Shown: positions 9,501 to 20,298, counted from the stretch's first letter. The stretch: DNA of 56,903 nt from a virus (IMGVR_UViG_3300025141_008849:1-56903), one strand, 5' to 3'. The notes: generated from the letters alone by a model not told the origin. Numbers and translations: made by a program.

Positions 9501-11077
9501 GATTATTTAGAACACGGTTAAATGAAGTGACTTTACGTTGGCCCGAAATAAGAAAGTATAAAGGAAAGTACCTTTGGAATTTATACGATAAAATTTCAAA
9601 AGGTGTGCCTATAGAACTTAACGATGGATCAGTAGTAACAATTGATCCTATGGCAATCCAAGCAATTAACAAAGAACTCTTCGGAGATATACATACTCCA
9701 ACTGGTGCCGAACTTAATCAATTTGTTAATAGTGACGGTCAACTTAAAAAGCCTGTTGATAAAAAAGATGGATTTATAAGAAGAGCAAAATTTAATGTTG
9801 AAGATACTGATGGTAATACACGTGAAATTGATTTACATGATATAGAAAAGAACAATGTAAAAACAGGTGTAAAATACAATAAAGGATATGCGGCAGAATT
9901 TATGATGGGAGTTGCTTCCGCCGCGACATTTATGTTTCAGGACGAAGATATTAACATAGATCATGCTAAAATAATAATGTCCGAAGCAACTATAGATTAC
10001 TCCGGCAATATTCCAGTATTAACTTATACAGATAAAATACAATATACAACTCCTAAAGGAAAACCAGATAACTTTACTCTTACTGTTTCAGTAGACAAAG
10101 CAACATTTAATAAAGTTGTTAAAGATTTTAAAGATGGGTTAATAACTGAAATACTCGAGGCATACTTCTTAGATTCAGTTACATATCTACGTGAAAATCA
10201 AAACTTTTTAGATGCTATGAACTATGCAAGAAACGATCCTAACACCAATAATATAGAAGCGTCTTCAATGGGTACAGGAGATCAAAAAGGAACTAAAGTA
10301 GATTTCCAATTATTTGTAGACGGAAAATCATTTAAAGGTATTAGTTTAAAAGCAAACTCAAAACGAATAGGACAAGTTGCTAGATCACAATCTAAAATTG
10401 ACAATGGAGAGTTCCAGGTAGACTTAGCACATTTTCTTAATGGACTATTTAAAGTTGATTTGTCATCAGAAATTAAAAAAGGACCTAAAGATAGATTTGA
10501 AATGCGAGATTATCTAAAGCAAATATTTGCTAAAGTTGCAGATCATATTAATAAAAATTCAACAAATGATAAAAGTGAATTTGAAATTTATAAAACAATA
10601 TATGCTGGTATTAAAGGGCAAGCAACAAAACACGAAGAAGGTGTTACCGTTGTTTCACTTGGGGGTAATTTAGCACAACCATCGTATATGATAATAAATT
10701 TTAATGAACAAATGGAAGAGTTATTTTCAAAATTACAATTTAGAGCATGGTCAGTACCAGAAGATAACAATAAACGCCCTGCTTTATTTTTAGTCGGATA
10801 TATAACTGATCCCGAATTACAAGAACGTTTAGGAACAGATAGACTAAAAATATTTTATGTAAGATCATATGTTAATGTTAGCGAAAAAGTATTAAGAGTA
10901 ATAGCCGAATTTCAAGACGGCTTAGGTGCATTAGCAAATATGATATATAAAGAAAATCAAATAAATACAGTTAACGAAACTACTAGTTCTGGAAGTATTG
11001 CCTCTGTTACGGGTGAATTGTTCACTCCTAAAGGCAAGAAAAAGAAAAAGACAAAAATGATAAGGCGCATAACATGA
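9497..11077 (+). CDS. Probable virion protein, possible PD-(D/E)xK-like domain, with a basic C-terminal tail
   Basis: N-terminal RLNE|V; KVDF...GISLKA; tail VNE|TTSSGSIASV...KKKKKTKMIRR. Confidence 0.45.
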   Translation: MRLFRTRLNEVTLRWPEIRKYKGKYLWNLYDKISKGVPIELNDGSVVTIDPMAIQAINKELFGDIHTPTGAELNQFVNSDGQLKKPVDKKDGFIRRAKFNVEDTDGNTREIDLHDIEKNNVKTGVKYNKGYAAEFMMGVASAATFMFQDEDINIDHAKIIMSEATIDYSGNIPVLTYTDKIQYTTPKGKPDNFTLTVSVDKATFNKVVKDFKDGLITEILEAYFLDSVTYLRENQNFLDAMNYARNDPNTNNIEASSMGTGDQKGTKVDFQLFVDGKSFKGISLKANSKRIGQVARSQSKIDNGEFQVDLAHFLNGLFKVDLSSEIKKGPKDRFEMRDYLKQIFAKVADHINKNSTNDKSEFEIYKTIYAGIKGQATKHEEGVTVVSLGGNLAQPSYMIINFNEQMEELFSKLQFRAWSVPEDNNKRPALFLVGYITDPELQERLGTDRLKIFYVRSYVNVSEKVLRVIAEFQDGLGALANMIYKENQINTVNETTSSGSIASVTGELFTPKGKKKKKTKMIRRIT

Positions 11078-11370
11078 CAAAAATGAACTTAGCAGAAGGT
11101 GTGTTAGATGCATCTGATGATGATGGATGGATGGCAAAGGAGCAGTTATATAAATCTGCAAAATATGCTATTGAACTCCATGCAATGATCACTGATAACC
11201 AAGATTTAGAACCTTGGATACAAGCAAAAATCACTGAAGCCGCGGATAGATTGAGTTCTGTAAAACATTATATGGAATATCTAAATGCAAGTGACACAAG
11301 CGGAATGATGGCTCAACCAGAAATGGAAGCACCAGTTCCAGCACCGATGGAATCTGCAACGAGAAAATAA
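11074..11370 (+). CDS. Small head-associated/scaffold-like phage protein
   Basis: MAKEQL...LEPWIQAKIT...SVKHYMEY motif recalled from large-phage structural regions; NLAE|G. Confidence 0.5.
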   Translation: MTKMNLAEGVLDASDDDGWMAKEQLYKSAKYAIELHAMITDNQDLEPWIQAKITEAADRLSSVKHYMEYLNASDTSGMMAQPEMEAPVPAPMESATRK

Positions 11371-14348
11371 TGAAACTACGAGATGCTCAAAAAGAAATTG
11401 AGAGAATCAACAACCTAGGCGACACCAACCCGTTTAATGAATTGTGTAATGAATCCCATCTTTATGAAGGGCCTATTAGGGCAGGAATTGGTACAGCCCT
11501 TTCGGTACCAACACGGGCCGCTACCACAGTCGGGGGTGCGTATGGTGGTTCTGAACTTGCAAATAAAATTGATAGGGATAGTGCAGGACTTAATGTAGCA
11601 GGTACGGGCGTCGGTGGTTATTATGGATATAGAGGTCCTAATATTCCTGGTACAGGACTTTTACCAAAAGCATTCAGCAGTAAAAAGCAAAACTTAGCCA
11701 GGGCAAAAGATGCACTTGGTTATGCAAAGAACGAACTTAAAAATACTAAAGATGCAACAAGAATTGCAACTATTAAGAAAAATATAGCAAACCTCGAGTA
11801 TCAGATTAAACAGAATAAACGAATAAGGATTCATCCGGCTAATGTTATTGACTACCTTAGTGGTAGAGACAAGTATAAACGTGATAAAAAAATTAACAAG
11901 ATTAATAAAACAATGCCGAAACCGGAAGTTGTACCTGACGTAAAATCAACTTCTACTCTATCGCCCAAATGGGACGGAGAGCCGAAACCACAGAATGTAA
12001 CACATAATTATTATAATAATGATGAAGCCACACAAAAACGGCTTAATAACATCGAGAAAAAACTTGATGCCATTGCAGATAAGAAAACCACTACCAGTAG
12101 TCCAGCTGAAAAGAAAGAGCTTTCTGCTTTAGAAAAAAGATTAAAAGCCGCAGAAGATAGAATTAAATGGGGTCCAAAGGATACGGTACCAAAATCAGAG
12201 CCTATTACTAAACCAAAATCAGAGCCTATTACTAAAGCATACAAAGGAAATTATGGTAGCGAAAAAGGATTTGCACCACCAAAGCCCGAGACTCCTGCTG
12301 AAATAAAAGCAAGGCTAGATGCAGAAGCAGAAAGAGCAAGGCAGATTAAGGGTGCATCAGACGCCACATATCGTGCTAGATATGCACGTGAAGAAAAAGC
12401 CGCTATTGAGAGACTAGCAAGGCAAGGCAAGGTAACAGGAATTACTGATGCAATGATAGCGAAAGAAATAGCAAATCCAACAAAGTTAGATCCGCGATTG
12501 CCGACTGCGAATCAAGTGAACAGGGGACCTTCACAAGCCGCTCTTAATGCAAAAGAAACCTTAAAACAAGAAGCACAGGCTGAAAAAATTGTGAAAAAAG
12601 CAGGCGACGGAATAAAAATTAGTTCAGGAAGTTCACTTGCTACTCCGCCTTCGGCTCAAGGTATTACTATAGGTGATGATGCTGGAAGAATTTCAAAACA
12701 AGCATTATCAAAAAAAGCTCTTGAAAAAATGGGCATTGTTACAACGGCCAGTAAAAATACAATTAAACAGGCTCTTAAAATTGCCGCTACAAAAGGTTCA
12801 AAATATATTGCTTTATCTTTTATACCAGGACTTAACATAGCATTATGGGGACATGATGCATATGCAGTAACAAGAGCGGTTCAAAAATCAATGGATCCTA
12901 CTCAAAGAGATGTATCCGATGCAGGTCGGCATAGACAAGTAGCATTACAACAAATGTCGCAAGTTATGTTATCAAATGCACCAATGGATTCAAAGATAGA
13001 CCAAATTGAACATTTGTTTAGTAACGATGCAACAAAAACAACATTACCCGAACTACAAGCACAACAAGATGCCGGAAGACAACAGCAACATTTTGTAACT
13101 GCAAACCCAGAATTCCAAGCACAATTAGATAAAGGTCCGCAAGCATTAGCGGCACGTAACGAAGATATTTGGAACTCATCTTATGATAATGAAGAAACTA
13201 TATTATCTGTTTCGTTTGATGAAGCAGGAAATATTGCAAGTGGCCCTAATACTAAATCAGATTTTAAAAATGCACTTGATGATTTATATACTGCATACAA
13301 TGAAGTTAAATCAGCACCAAGTAGGAGTAAAAAACTAGCACCGTGGCAAAGAGACCGAATGGCAATAATACAAAACCAAATAGAACAAGCACAAGATGCA
13401 ATGAAAACTGCACCAGATGATCGCAAGACTGCTTTTAAAAGTTATGTATTCAGCACATTAGCACAAAGTGAAGCTCTTATTGCAACAAACGAATCGTCTA
13501 TCTTACAAGGTGCATTATTATCAGAAGGTCCGCTTGATTGGGGAAATACATGGCTCGATAGGATACGAAGGCAAATCTCAGGAGTTGATCCAAATAACTT
13601 ACCTAAGTCCGGTGGAAAAATTGCTGGAAAAACATCCTTAGGTAAAAGAACTAAAAACTTACATCCTTCGGAAATTAACGCTCTTAAAAATGTAAGTCCG
13701 CGACATAAGTTTACGGGTAAAAATAATAATAATATGGTTAGAGTAAGTGGTATTTCTACTCCAGGACAACCAATGTATAATCCAGCAAACGATATAAAAG
13801 ATTTTAAACCTGATACCGTTGCTCAAGCAAAAGCAGATTATAAAAAACCAAAAATTAAAAAGCCTGTGCTAACAAAAAAAGATATTGCAAAACATAATGC
13901 TATGGCTAGGAATATTTCATTAGTAAATGTTCCACCTACTACAACAAAGAATGGGGCTAATATAAAAGCAAAACAATCAGGTAAAAAAGTAAGTAGTGCA
14001 ATATCACAAGCATTGGGCTCTATTGAATCATCTAAAAATAAAAATGTTGCAAAACCACTTATTGGTGATAATGGATTGATTGTTGCAGTAGGAAAAGGAA
14101 AAGGCAAAACAAGGCTTAATAACGACGAAGAAAAATTATTTGCACAAATAAAAGCCAAAAGAAAAAAATATAGTAAATATTCAAAAGCAGAACAAAAGTT
14201 AATGATGAAGGTAGGCTTAGTTCAAAGAACATTTAAACAAGCACATGCTGAAGCAAAAGCAGATTCTGCTAATTTAAAAACCATGAAGTTAAAAAATGGT
14301 AAGACACTTAAATATTTTGTCTGGAATGGCAAAAAATACACAGTTTAA
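11370..14348 (+). CDS. Large Lys/Ala-rich probable virion/internal protein
   Basis: 992 aa; internal LYE|G and LLSE|G sites; duplicated PKSEPITK. Confidence 0.5.
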   Translation: MKLRDAQKEIERINNLGDTNPFNELCNESHLYEGPIRAGIGTALSVPTRAATTVGGAYGGSELANKIDRDSAGLNVAGTGVGGYYGYRGPNIPGTGLLPKAFSSKKQNLARAKDALGYAKNELKNTKDATRIATIKKNIANLEYQIKQNKRIRIHPANVIDYLSGRDKYKRDKKINKINKTMPKPEVVPDVKSTSTLSPKWDGEPKPQNVTHNYYNNDEATQKRLNNIEKKLDAIADKKTTTSSPAEKKELSALEKRLKAAEDRIKWGPKDTVPKSEPITKPKSEPITKAYKGNYGSEKGFAPPKPETPAEIKARLDAEAERARQIKGASDATYRARYAREEKAAIERLARQGKVTGITDAMIAKEIANPTKLDPRLPTANQVNRGPSQAALNAKETLKQEAQAEKIVKKAGDGIKISSGSSLATPPSAQGITIGDDAGRISKQALSKKALEKMGIVTTASKNTIKQALKIAATKGSKYIALSFIPGLNIALWGHDAYAVTRAVQKSMDPTQRDVSDAGRHRQVALQQMSQVMLSNAPMDSKIDQIEHLFSNDATKTTLPELQAQQDAGRQQQHFVTANPEFQAQLDKGPQALAARNEDIWNSSYDNEETILSVSFDEAGNIASGPNTKSDFKNALDDLYTAYNEVKSAPSRSKKLAPWQRDRMAIIQNQIEQAQDAMKTAPDDRKTAFKSYVFSTLAQSEALIATNESSILQGALLSEGPLDWGNTWLDRIRRQISGVDPNNLPKSGGKIAGKTSLGKRTKNLHPSEINALKNVSPRHKFTGKNNNNMVRVSGISTPGQPMYNPANDIKDFKPDTVAQAKADYKKPKIKKPVLTKKDIAKHNAMARNISLVNVPPTTTKNGANIKAKQSGKKVSSAISQALGSIESSKNKNVAKPLIGDNGLIVAVGKGKGKTRLNNDEEKLFAQIKAKRKKYSKYSKAEQKLMMKVGLVQRTFKQAHAEAKADSANLKTMKLKNGKTLKYFVWNGKKYTV
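12188..12235 (+). repeat. Perfect 24 nt tandem duplication (PKSEPITK x2)
   Basis: ACCAAAATCAGAGCCTATTACTAA occurs twice in tandem. Confidence 0.9.
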
Positions 14349-14382
14349 AAATCTGTATTAACAGAAAATTAAAGAGGTTAAT

Positions 14383-14847
14383 ATGCTTACAGTATTAGGA
14401 AGTTTATTAGGCTTTGCCGGATCGGCAGTCCCAAGCGTAATAGATTATTTTAAAGGCAAAGAAGAAACTAAACAAAAAACAGAAGAACTTAAACTCCAAC
14501 TCGAAGCAAAAAAGCAGGGAGTTGAATTAGATCTTCAAACATTTGCCGCGAAAAAAGATTTTGAAGAGCAAAAGATGCTTTTAGCACATGATACAGCTCT
14601 TGGAAATCAAAAAGGATTTATAAATTCATTACGAGCATTCGTAAGACCGTTTATAACTTATGTATTCTTTTTAACATTTATTGGTGTTAAAATTACTTTA
14701 GTATACCAAGCAATAAAAAATGGTAGTGATTTAAATGCAACCATTGCAGTAATATGGGACGATCAAACAGAAGCATTATTTGCCGCTATCATTAGTTTTT
14801 GGTTTGGATCTAGGGCAATGCCTAAAATAAAGCAACTTAACAAATAG
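14383..14847 (+). CDS. Holin, 3TM (gene-transfer-release type)
   Basis: LRAFVRPFITY, AIISFWFGSR and hydrophobic helices; close to the endolysin. Confidence 0.75.
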   Translation: MLTVLGSLLGFAGSAVPSVIDYFKGKEETKQKTEELKLQLEAKKQGVELDLQTFAAKKDFEEQKMLLAHDTALGNQKGFINSLRAFVRPFITYVFFLTFIGVKITLVYQAIKNGSDLNATIAVIWDDQTEALFAAIISFWFGSRAMPKIKQLNK

Positions 14848-14854
14848 GAGTAAC

Positions 14855-15193
14855 ATGGCAGACGAACGTGGCATTAAAGAAGTAAAAGAATTATTAGCAT
14901 TTGTTTTTTCGCTTATAAAAGCAGTTCAAGTAAGTTTAGAAGATGGCGATATTGATTTATGGGATGCTAAAAACTTTGTTGAACCAATAAAAAAATTGGC
15001 TCCAGCAATAGATAATATAGATGACGTATTACCAGAAGTTATAGATTTAACTGACGAAGAATGGGATGGGTTACTTGAATATGCATGTAATGAATTTGGA
15101 ATACCTAAAGAGAATGTCGATTATGTAGTTGATGAAGCAATTACAATGGGCAGATCTTTACTTAACATAGCAGGAATTAAAATACCAACATGA
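14855..15193 (+). CDS. Acidic hypothetical protein in the lysis cassette
   Basis: 112 aa with AGGAG SD, between holin and endolysin. Confidence 0.6.
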   Translation: MADERGIKEVKELLAFVFSLIKAVQVSLEDGDIDLWDAKNFVEPIKKLAPAIDNIDDVLPEVIDLTDEEWDGLLEYACNEFGIPKENVDYVVDEAITMGRSLLNIAGIKIPT

Positions 15194-15666
15194 GTGAAAA
15201 AATTAAAATATCAAAAAATTTCAATCTAAAAGAGTTAACTGCAAGTTCAACGGCAGATAGGTTAGATATTGACAACGGGCCTAGTACCGAACATTTGATT
15301 AATTTGACAGTTGTTACTCATAAAATTTTACAACCAGTTAGAGAACAGTTTGGTGTAGTTACAGTCAATAGTGGATATCGATCACCAGCACTTAATAAAG
15401 CAGTAGGTGGATCAGCAAGAAGTCAGCATTGTAATGGCGAAGCAGTTGATTTAGAATGTTTTTCAGTTTCTAATCCCGACTTAGCAAAATGGATTACTAA
15501 AAACTTAGACTGGGACCAAATTATATTAGAATTCTATAAGAAAGGCGATCCACATAGCGGATGGGTACATTGTAGTTATAAACGAGATGGTACTAATCGG
15601 CGTAAGATTTTAACAGCCTTACGAATTAATAAACGTACTGTTTATAAGCCAGGATTTGCTATATAA
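15190..15666 (+). CDS. Peptidase M15A endolysin (Zn D-Ala-D-Ala carboxypeptidase fold)
   Basis: SKNFNLKEL, NSGYRS, SQH...GEAVD, WVHCSY. Confidence 0.9.
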   Translation: MSEKIKISKNFNLKELTASSTADRLDIDNGPSTEHLINLTVVTHKILQPVREQFGVVTVNSGYRSPALNKAVGGSARSQHCNGEAVDLECFSVSNPDLAKWITKNLDWDQIILEFYKKGDPHSGWVHCSYKRDGTNRRKILTALRINKRTVYKPGFAI

Positions 15667-15671
15667 TAGAC

Positions 15672-15700
15672 TTGACATGTTAATCTTAACATGTTATACT
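15672..15700 (+). promoter_or_regulatory. Sigma70-type promoter with extended -10 and an internal palindrome
   Basis: TTGACA-17 nt-TATACT with TG; ACATGTTAA-tc-TTAACATGT at 15675-15694. Confidence 0.85.
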
Positions 15701-15744
15701 ATATATTGCTTTGCATTCTGCGAGCAAAAACTCCAAAAGGAACT

Positions 15745-16002
15745 ATGACAAGAGCATTCGGACAAACTGATCTTGCTAAATTAAAGCAAGTTATTAACGA
15801 AGGTGTACAAGTATCTCAAGAAATTAAAGATTTACGTGAAGGGCTAGGCGATACAGTAAAAGCCGTAGCACAAGAACTCGACATGAAACCCGGAACACTT
15901 AATAAAGCAATTCGTGTTGCACACAAAGCAGAATTACAAAAGACTAAAGACGACATGGAAGAACTTGAAGATATTCTTATTCAAGTCGGAAGAACTGCAT
16001 GA
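15745..16002 (+). CDS. dsDNA-binding protein (T4 DsbA-like)
   Basis: Start moved to ATG 15745 (AAGGA SD; the track start lies within the promoter); EIKDLREGLGDTVKAVAQELDMKPGTLNKAIRVAHK. Confidence 0.7.
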   Translation: MTRAFGQTDLAKLKQVINEGVQVSQEIKDLREGLGDTVKAVAQELDMKPGTLNKAIRVAHKAELQKTKDDMEELEDILIQVGRTA

Positions 16003-17027
16003 TTGACACCACCAGTATTATCAAAAATACTACAAATTATATGAAGGGACTAGGCGTTGATATTCCTGAGTCCCTCAATGATTTAGATAGGTATTTTCAA
16101 GCAATACTATATCATTTTTTAAGAGGCCGATATTTTTTAGATAAACCGTGGACAGCAAACCATTGGTTTACACCTGAATTGTTTGTACATCAACTTGATA
16201 ATACATTTGAAGACTTTTTAATAATAATGGGTTCAGAAGTTGATATGGAAACTAACCCATGGCTATTTGAAAAGTATGTAATTAAAACTCCAACTATATT
16301 TGTACAAGCACCAGTTGGCATGGGAGGTGATTTTTTATCAACACTTATATATAATCATCTATACAATGATAAGCAACTTGAATTCGGCGATGGTGGAAAA
16401 TGTATTAGTGATTTTGATACTATAGAATTACAAGCAGTAGAACAGGATCATTTTTGGCAATTAGAAAATCCTAAACAACATGCACAAGAAATAACAACTT
16501 ACGCAAATAGAGCAAAAGAAGATGGGTACGAAGTGTACTTAACTGCATTGCATTTGGATATAACACAAACATTAAGATATTTTGAAAATGCTAAAATTAT
16601 TAAAATACTTCCTAAAACACCATCCGATTTAAACATAGGTAATATTAACTCACTAATCAAAAATTATAATAATAAAATTAGAGTTGGTGATAAAATTGAT
16701 TACAACAAATTGACACGTTGGGAAGTTGATGTTAATTCTAATAAAAATGAACTAGACGAAATACTAGATAAAAACTTTAACTATCCTGGTGGTTATCTGG
16801 AGTACTTAGGTTTAAATTTTACAGATATTGTAGCACCGTCATTTAACGAAAACTGGTGGGAAATATACAATGTTTTTTATAATGATTTATATAGATGCCC
16901 TGAAACACCACTTGGTGAAGTAATGAAGAAAGAAACGTTACACGGCATATTAGCATTTTTAGGTTTACAACCCAAGGAAAATATAGTAAACTTATTAGAC
17001 AAATATGTTATGCATGAAAAACTATGA
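15999..17027 (+). CDS. Hypothetical protein, possibly degenerate sulfotransferase/P-loop fold
   Basis: IFVQAPVGMGGDFLSTLI. Confidence 0.35.
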   Translation: MIDTTSIIKNTTNYMKGLGVDIPESLNDLDRYFQAILYHFLRGRYFLDKPWTANHWFTPELFVHQLDNTFEDFLIIMGSEVDMETNPWLFEKYVIKTPTIFVQAPVGMGGDFLSTLIYNHLYNDKQLEFGDGGKCISDFDTIELQAVEQDHFWQLENPKQHAQEITTYANRAKEDGYEVYLTALHLDITQTLRYFENAKIIKILPKTPSDLNIGNINSLIKNYNNKIRVGDKIDYNKLTRWEVDVNSNKNELDEILDKNFNYPGGYLEYLGLNFTDIVAPSFNENWWEIYNVFYNDLYRCPETPLGEVMKKETLHGILAFLGLQPKENIVNLLDKYVMHEKL

Positions 17028-19690
17028 GCTATATTGACGCATTTTTTGATAGAGACAGAGATTGTATTGAAGTAGTAGAACGAACAAAAGTCAAAAGAGA
17101 ATATAAAACCTACCCTGCAAAATATACTTTCTATTATACAGATCCTAGAGGTAAATTTAAAAGCATTTACGGCGACCCGTTGCAACGTGTTCAATGTAAT
17201 AGCACAAAAGCATTTAGGAAAGAACGTAAACTTTTAAGTAACAAGACGTTATTTGAAAGCGACATTAATCCTATTTTTCAATGTTTAAGTGAAAATTATA
17301 TTGACGGGAGGACTGCAAAACTTAATACATGTTTTTTTGATATCGAAGTTGATTTTGATAGTGCAAGAGGATATGCAGATCCGTCTAATCCGTTTGCTAA
17401 AATAACTGCAATTACATTAGGCCTTGATTGGATAGACAAGTTAGTAACACTTTGTCTTGCTCCCAAAACACTTAATAAAACACAAGCAGAAGAAATTTGT
17501 AGTAGATTTGACGATACAATTCTTTGCAGTAGCGAAGAAGAAATGTTAAATCATTTTATTGCATTAATAGAAGATGCTGATATACTAAGCGGATGGAACT
17601 CAGAAGGTTATGATATTCCGTATATAGTTAATCGGGTAACAATGTTATTAGGTAAAGAACGTACACGAGAATTTTGTTTGTGGCAAAAATATCCAATTAA
17701 ACGTGAATATGAAAATTATGGGCGACTACAAGAAACATATGATTTAATAGGACGGGTACATTTAGATTACTTACAGTTGTACAGAAAAAATACATTCCAC
17801 GAACATCATTCTTATAGATTAGACTTTATTGGCGAAGTTGAAATTGGCGAAAATAAAGTTCCTTACGAAGGCACACTTGATCAATTATATAATAATGATT
17901 TTGAAAAGTTTATTGCTTATAACAGGCAAGATACAGAAATGCTTGTTAAAATAGATAAAAAACTTCGCTATATAGATTTACATAATGTACTTGCCCATGC
18001 TAATACTGTATTGTTAAAAACAACGTTAGGTGCAGTTGCAGTTAGTGATCAAGCAATTATTAATGAATCACATGCATTAGGTGTTCAAGTTCCAGATAAG
18101 AAAGATCACGGAGAAGCAACAACAGCCGCAGGTGCGTATGTAGCATATCCAAAACCAGGCTTATGGGATTGGATTGGTTCAATGGACATTAACAGTCTGT
18201 ATCCGTCTGCAATTCGTGCATTAAACATGAGTCCAGAAACTATTGTTGCACATATTGATCCAGACTATACAAAAAACTACATTGAAGGTCGTGTTGATGG
18301 GCGTGACGAAAAGAAAATGAGTTTTGCTGATGCTTGGTTACCACGGTTTTCAACATTAGAATATGAATATGTAATGGCGCAAGACAAAGAACACGAAGTA
18401 GATGTTGTTTTTGTTAATGGCGATAGGATGAAATTAACTGGTGCTGAAGTATACGAACTTGTTTTTAATAGTGGAAAACCATGGTGTATAACTGCAAATG
18501 GCGTAATATTTAGATATGATGAAAAAGGTATTATACCAGGATTGTTAGAACGTTGGTATGCAGAACGTAAACAAATGCAGGTAAAACTTAAAGAGTCAAT
18601 TGATAGCAAAAACAAAGAACAAATAGAATTTTGGGATAAGAGACAACTTGTAAAGAAAATTAACTTAAATAGTTTGTATGGTGCTTTGTTAAATCCGGGT
18701 TCAAGATTTTTTGATATGAGAATAGGACAAAGTACTACACTTTGCGGTAGAAGCATTGTTAAACATATGGCTGGTAAAGTAAATGAATTTATTGCCGGCA
18801 AATATGATCATGTAGGTGACGGTATTATATATGGTGATACTGATAGTTGTTATTTTTCAGCAACAATTCCATGGAAAGAAGATATAGATAATGGTAAACT
18901 TGAATGGAATAAAGAAACAGTAGTCGAAGTATATGATGCAATATGTGAGCAAGTTAATGATACGTTTCCTGAGTTCATGAACAAAGCATTTCATACAACA
19001 AGAGATAATGGTGCTATTATTAAAGCAGGTAGAGAGTTATGTGGAGAACGTGGATTGTTTATTACTAAAAAACGATATGGTATTTTAGTATACGACGAAG
19101 AAGGCAATCGCAAAGATATTGATAGTGATGGCAAACTCAAAGCAATGGGACTTGATCTTAAACGTAGTGATACACCAGAGTTTATGCAAAGGTTTTTAGA
19201 AAATATATTATTATCTGTATTAAAAGGTACACAAGAAGACGAAATATTGCAAACGATAACTGAGTTTAGAGAAAAATTTAAGGAACGTCCTGGTTGGGAA
19301 AAAGGTACACCAAAGCGTGTTAATAGAATAACACATTATACCAAAGAGTATAATAAGACAGGTAGATGTGGAGTTGGGCATGTTATGGCTGGTATTAATT
19401 GGAACATATTGCGTAAAGCATACAGTGATAAATTTAGTATGGAAGTTATAGATGGCATGAAAACTATTGTATGTAAACTCAAAGACAATCCAATGAAGAT
19501 GCGATCAGTTGCACTTCCAATTGACGAGTTGCATTTACCACAATGGTTTAAAGATTTGCCATTTGATCACAGAGCAATGGAAGAAACTATTATTGATAAT
19601 AAGATTGGTAACTTACTTAGTGTTATGGATTGGGATCTAAAAGCAACTCAACAAAATACAACATTTGAAAGTTTATTCGAGGTAGCATAA
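17024..19690 (+). CDS. Family B DNA polymerase (T4 gp43-like)
   Basis: Exonuclease FDIEVD, GWNSEGYDIPY, YNRQD; polymerase DINSLYPS, KINLNSLYG, YGDTDS, KKRY. Confidence 0.98.
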   Translation: MSYIDAFFDRDRDCIEVVERTKVKREYKTYPAKYTFYYTDPRGKFKSIYGDPLQRVQCNSTKAFRKERKLLSNKTLFESDINPIFQCLSENYIDGRTAKLNTCFFDIEVDFDSARGYADPSNPFAKITAITLGLDWIDKLVTLCLAPKTLNKTQAEEICSRFDDTILCSSEEEMLNHFIALIEDADILSGWNSEGYDIPYIVNRVTMLLGKERTREFCLWQKYPIKREYENYGRLQETYDLIGRVHLDYLQLYRKNTFHEHHSYRLDFIGEVEIGENKVPYEGTLDQLYNNDFEKFIAYNRQDTEMLVKIDKKLRYIDLHNVLAHANTVLLKTTLGAVAVSDQAIINESHALGVQVPDKKDHGEATTAAGAYVAYPKPGLWDWIGSMDINSLYPSAIRALNMSPETIVAHIDPDYTKNYIEGRVDGRDEKKMSFADAWLPRFSTLEYEYVMAQDKEHEVDVVFVNGDRMKLTGAEVYELVFNSGKPWCITANGVIFRYDEKGIIPGLLERWYAERKQMQVKLKESIDSKNKEQIEFWDKRQLVKKINLNSLYGALLNPGSRFFDMRIGQSTTLCGRSIVKHMAGKVNEFIAGKYDHVGDGIIYGDTDSCYFSATIPWKEDIDNGKLEWNKETVVEVYDAICEQVNDTFPEFMNKAFHTTRDNGAIIKAGRELCGERGLFITKKRYGILVYDEEGNRKDIDSDGKLKAMGLDLKRSDTPEFMQRFLENILLSVLKGTQEDEILQTITEFREKFKERPGWEKGTPKRVNRITHYTKEYNKTGRCGVGHVMAGINWNILRKAYSDKFSMEVIDGMKTIVCKLKDNPMKMRSVALPIDELHLPQWFKDLPFDHRAMEETIIDNKIGNLLSVMDWDLKATQQNTTFESLFEVA

Positions 19691-20298
19691 TGTATACAAA
19701 AGTGCCCAGTGGATGTAAATTAGCAATTTGTGGTTGCTCGTATGCAACAGATTTTGATAGGTATGAAGGTACGAATAAAAACGAAGCAAAGTATAAAGAA
19801 TCAACAATGACAAACGAAGATTTGTGGTGTAATAGATTTACTGGACAAGCATCACTTGATAATTTTTCACGTGGTGGTGCTAGTAATTATGACATTTACA
19901 TGCAAATTAAAATGGCACTCAGATATAACTGTAATTATATTTTAGTCTTTTGGACAAACACTAATAGGTTTAATGCATTTTGGAAAGACGGTCATCCAGC
20001 CATTGTACCTTTATCAAAAAACGAGCAAGATTATCGTAAGAAATATTTTTCACCCTACTTTCAAAAGTTTTTTTCTTATTTGTTAGTAATGGATGCAACG
20101 CGATTATTAGAATTTGTTGACCATAAATATTTTTTACACGCAGGAAACGATTTTCCACGTGAAATAATGAAACACCCAGATGTTAATAAATTTCATCCCG
20201 CACAATTAGATTATCCAACTCATAGTAGAACATCACCTAATCATTTAAATGAAAAAGGACAAGCCATAGTAAATGAAAAACTTAATTTATATCTATAA
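19690..20298 (+). CDS. SGNH hydrolase-like protein
   Basis: ICGCSYA, NFSRGGASN, NHLNEKGQ. Confidence 0.6.
   Translation: MYTKVPSGCKLAICGCSYATDFDRYEGTNKNEAKYKESTMTNEDLWCNRFTGQASLDNFSRGGASNYDIYMQIKMALRYNCNYILVFWTNTNRFNAFWKDGHPAIVPLSKNEQDYRKKYFSPYFQKFFSYLLVMDATRLLEFVDHKYFLHAGNDFPREIMKHPDVNKFHPAQLDYPTHSRTSPNHLNEKGQAIVNEKLNLYL

Noticed and set aside
15691-15744. Track start for the DsbA-like gene, and likewise the extended starts at 22179, 26013, 28660, 29954, 41235, 42520 and 56667
   Set aside because: They overlap promoters or upstream genes; downstream ATGs have better SD, promoter or operon spacing
17024-19690. Intein or intron in the DNA polymerase
   Set aside because: Continuous ORF of ordinary length with all motifs in order and no splicing motifs seen
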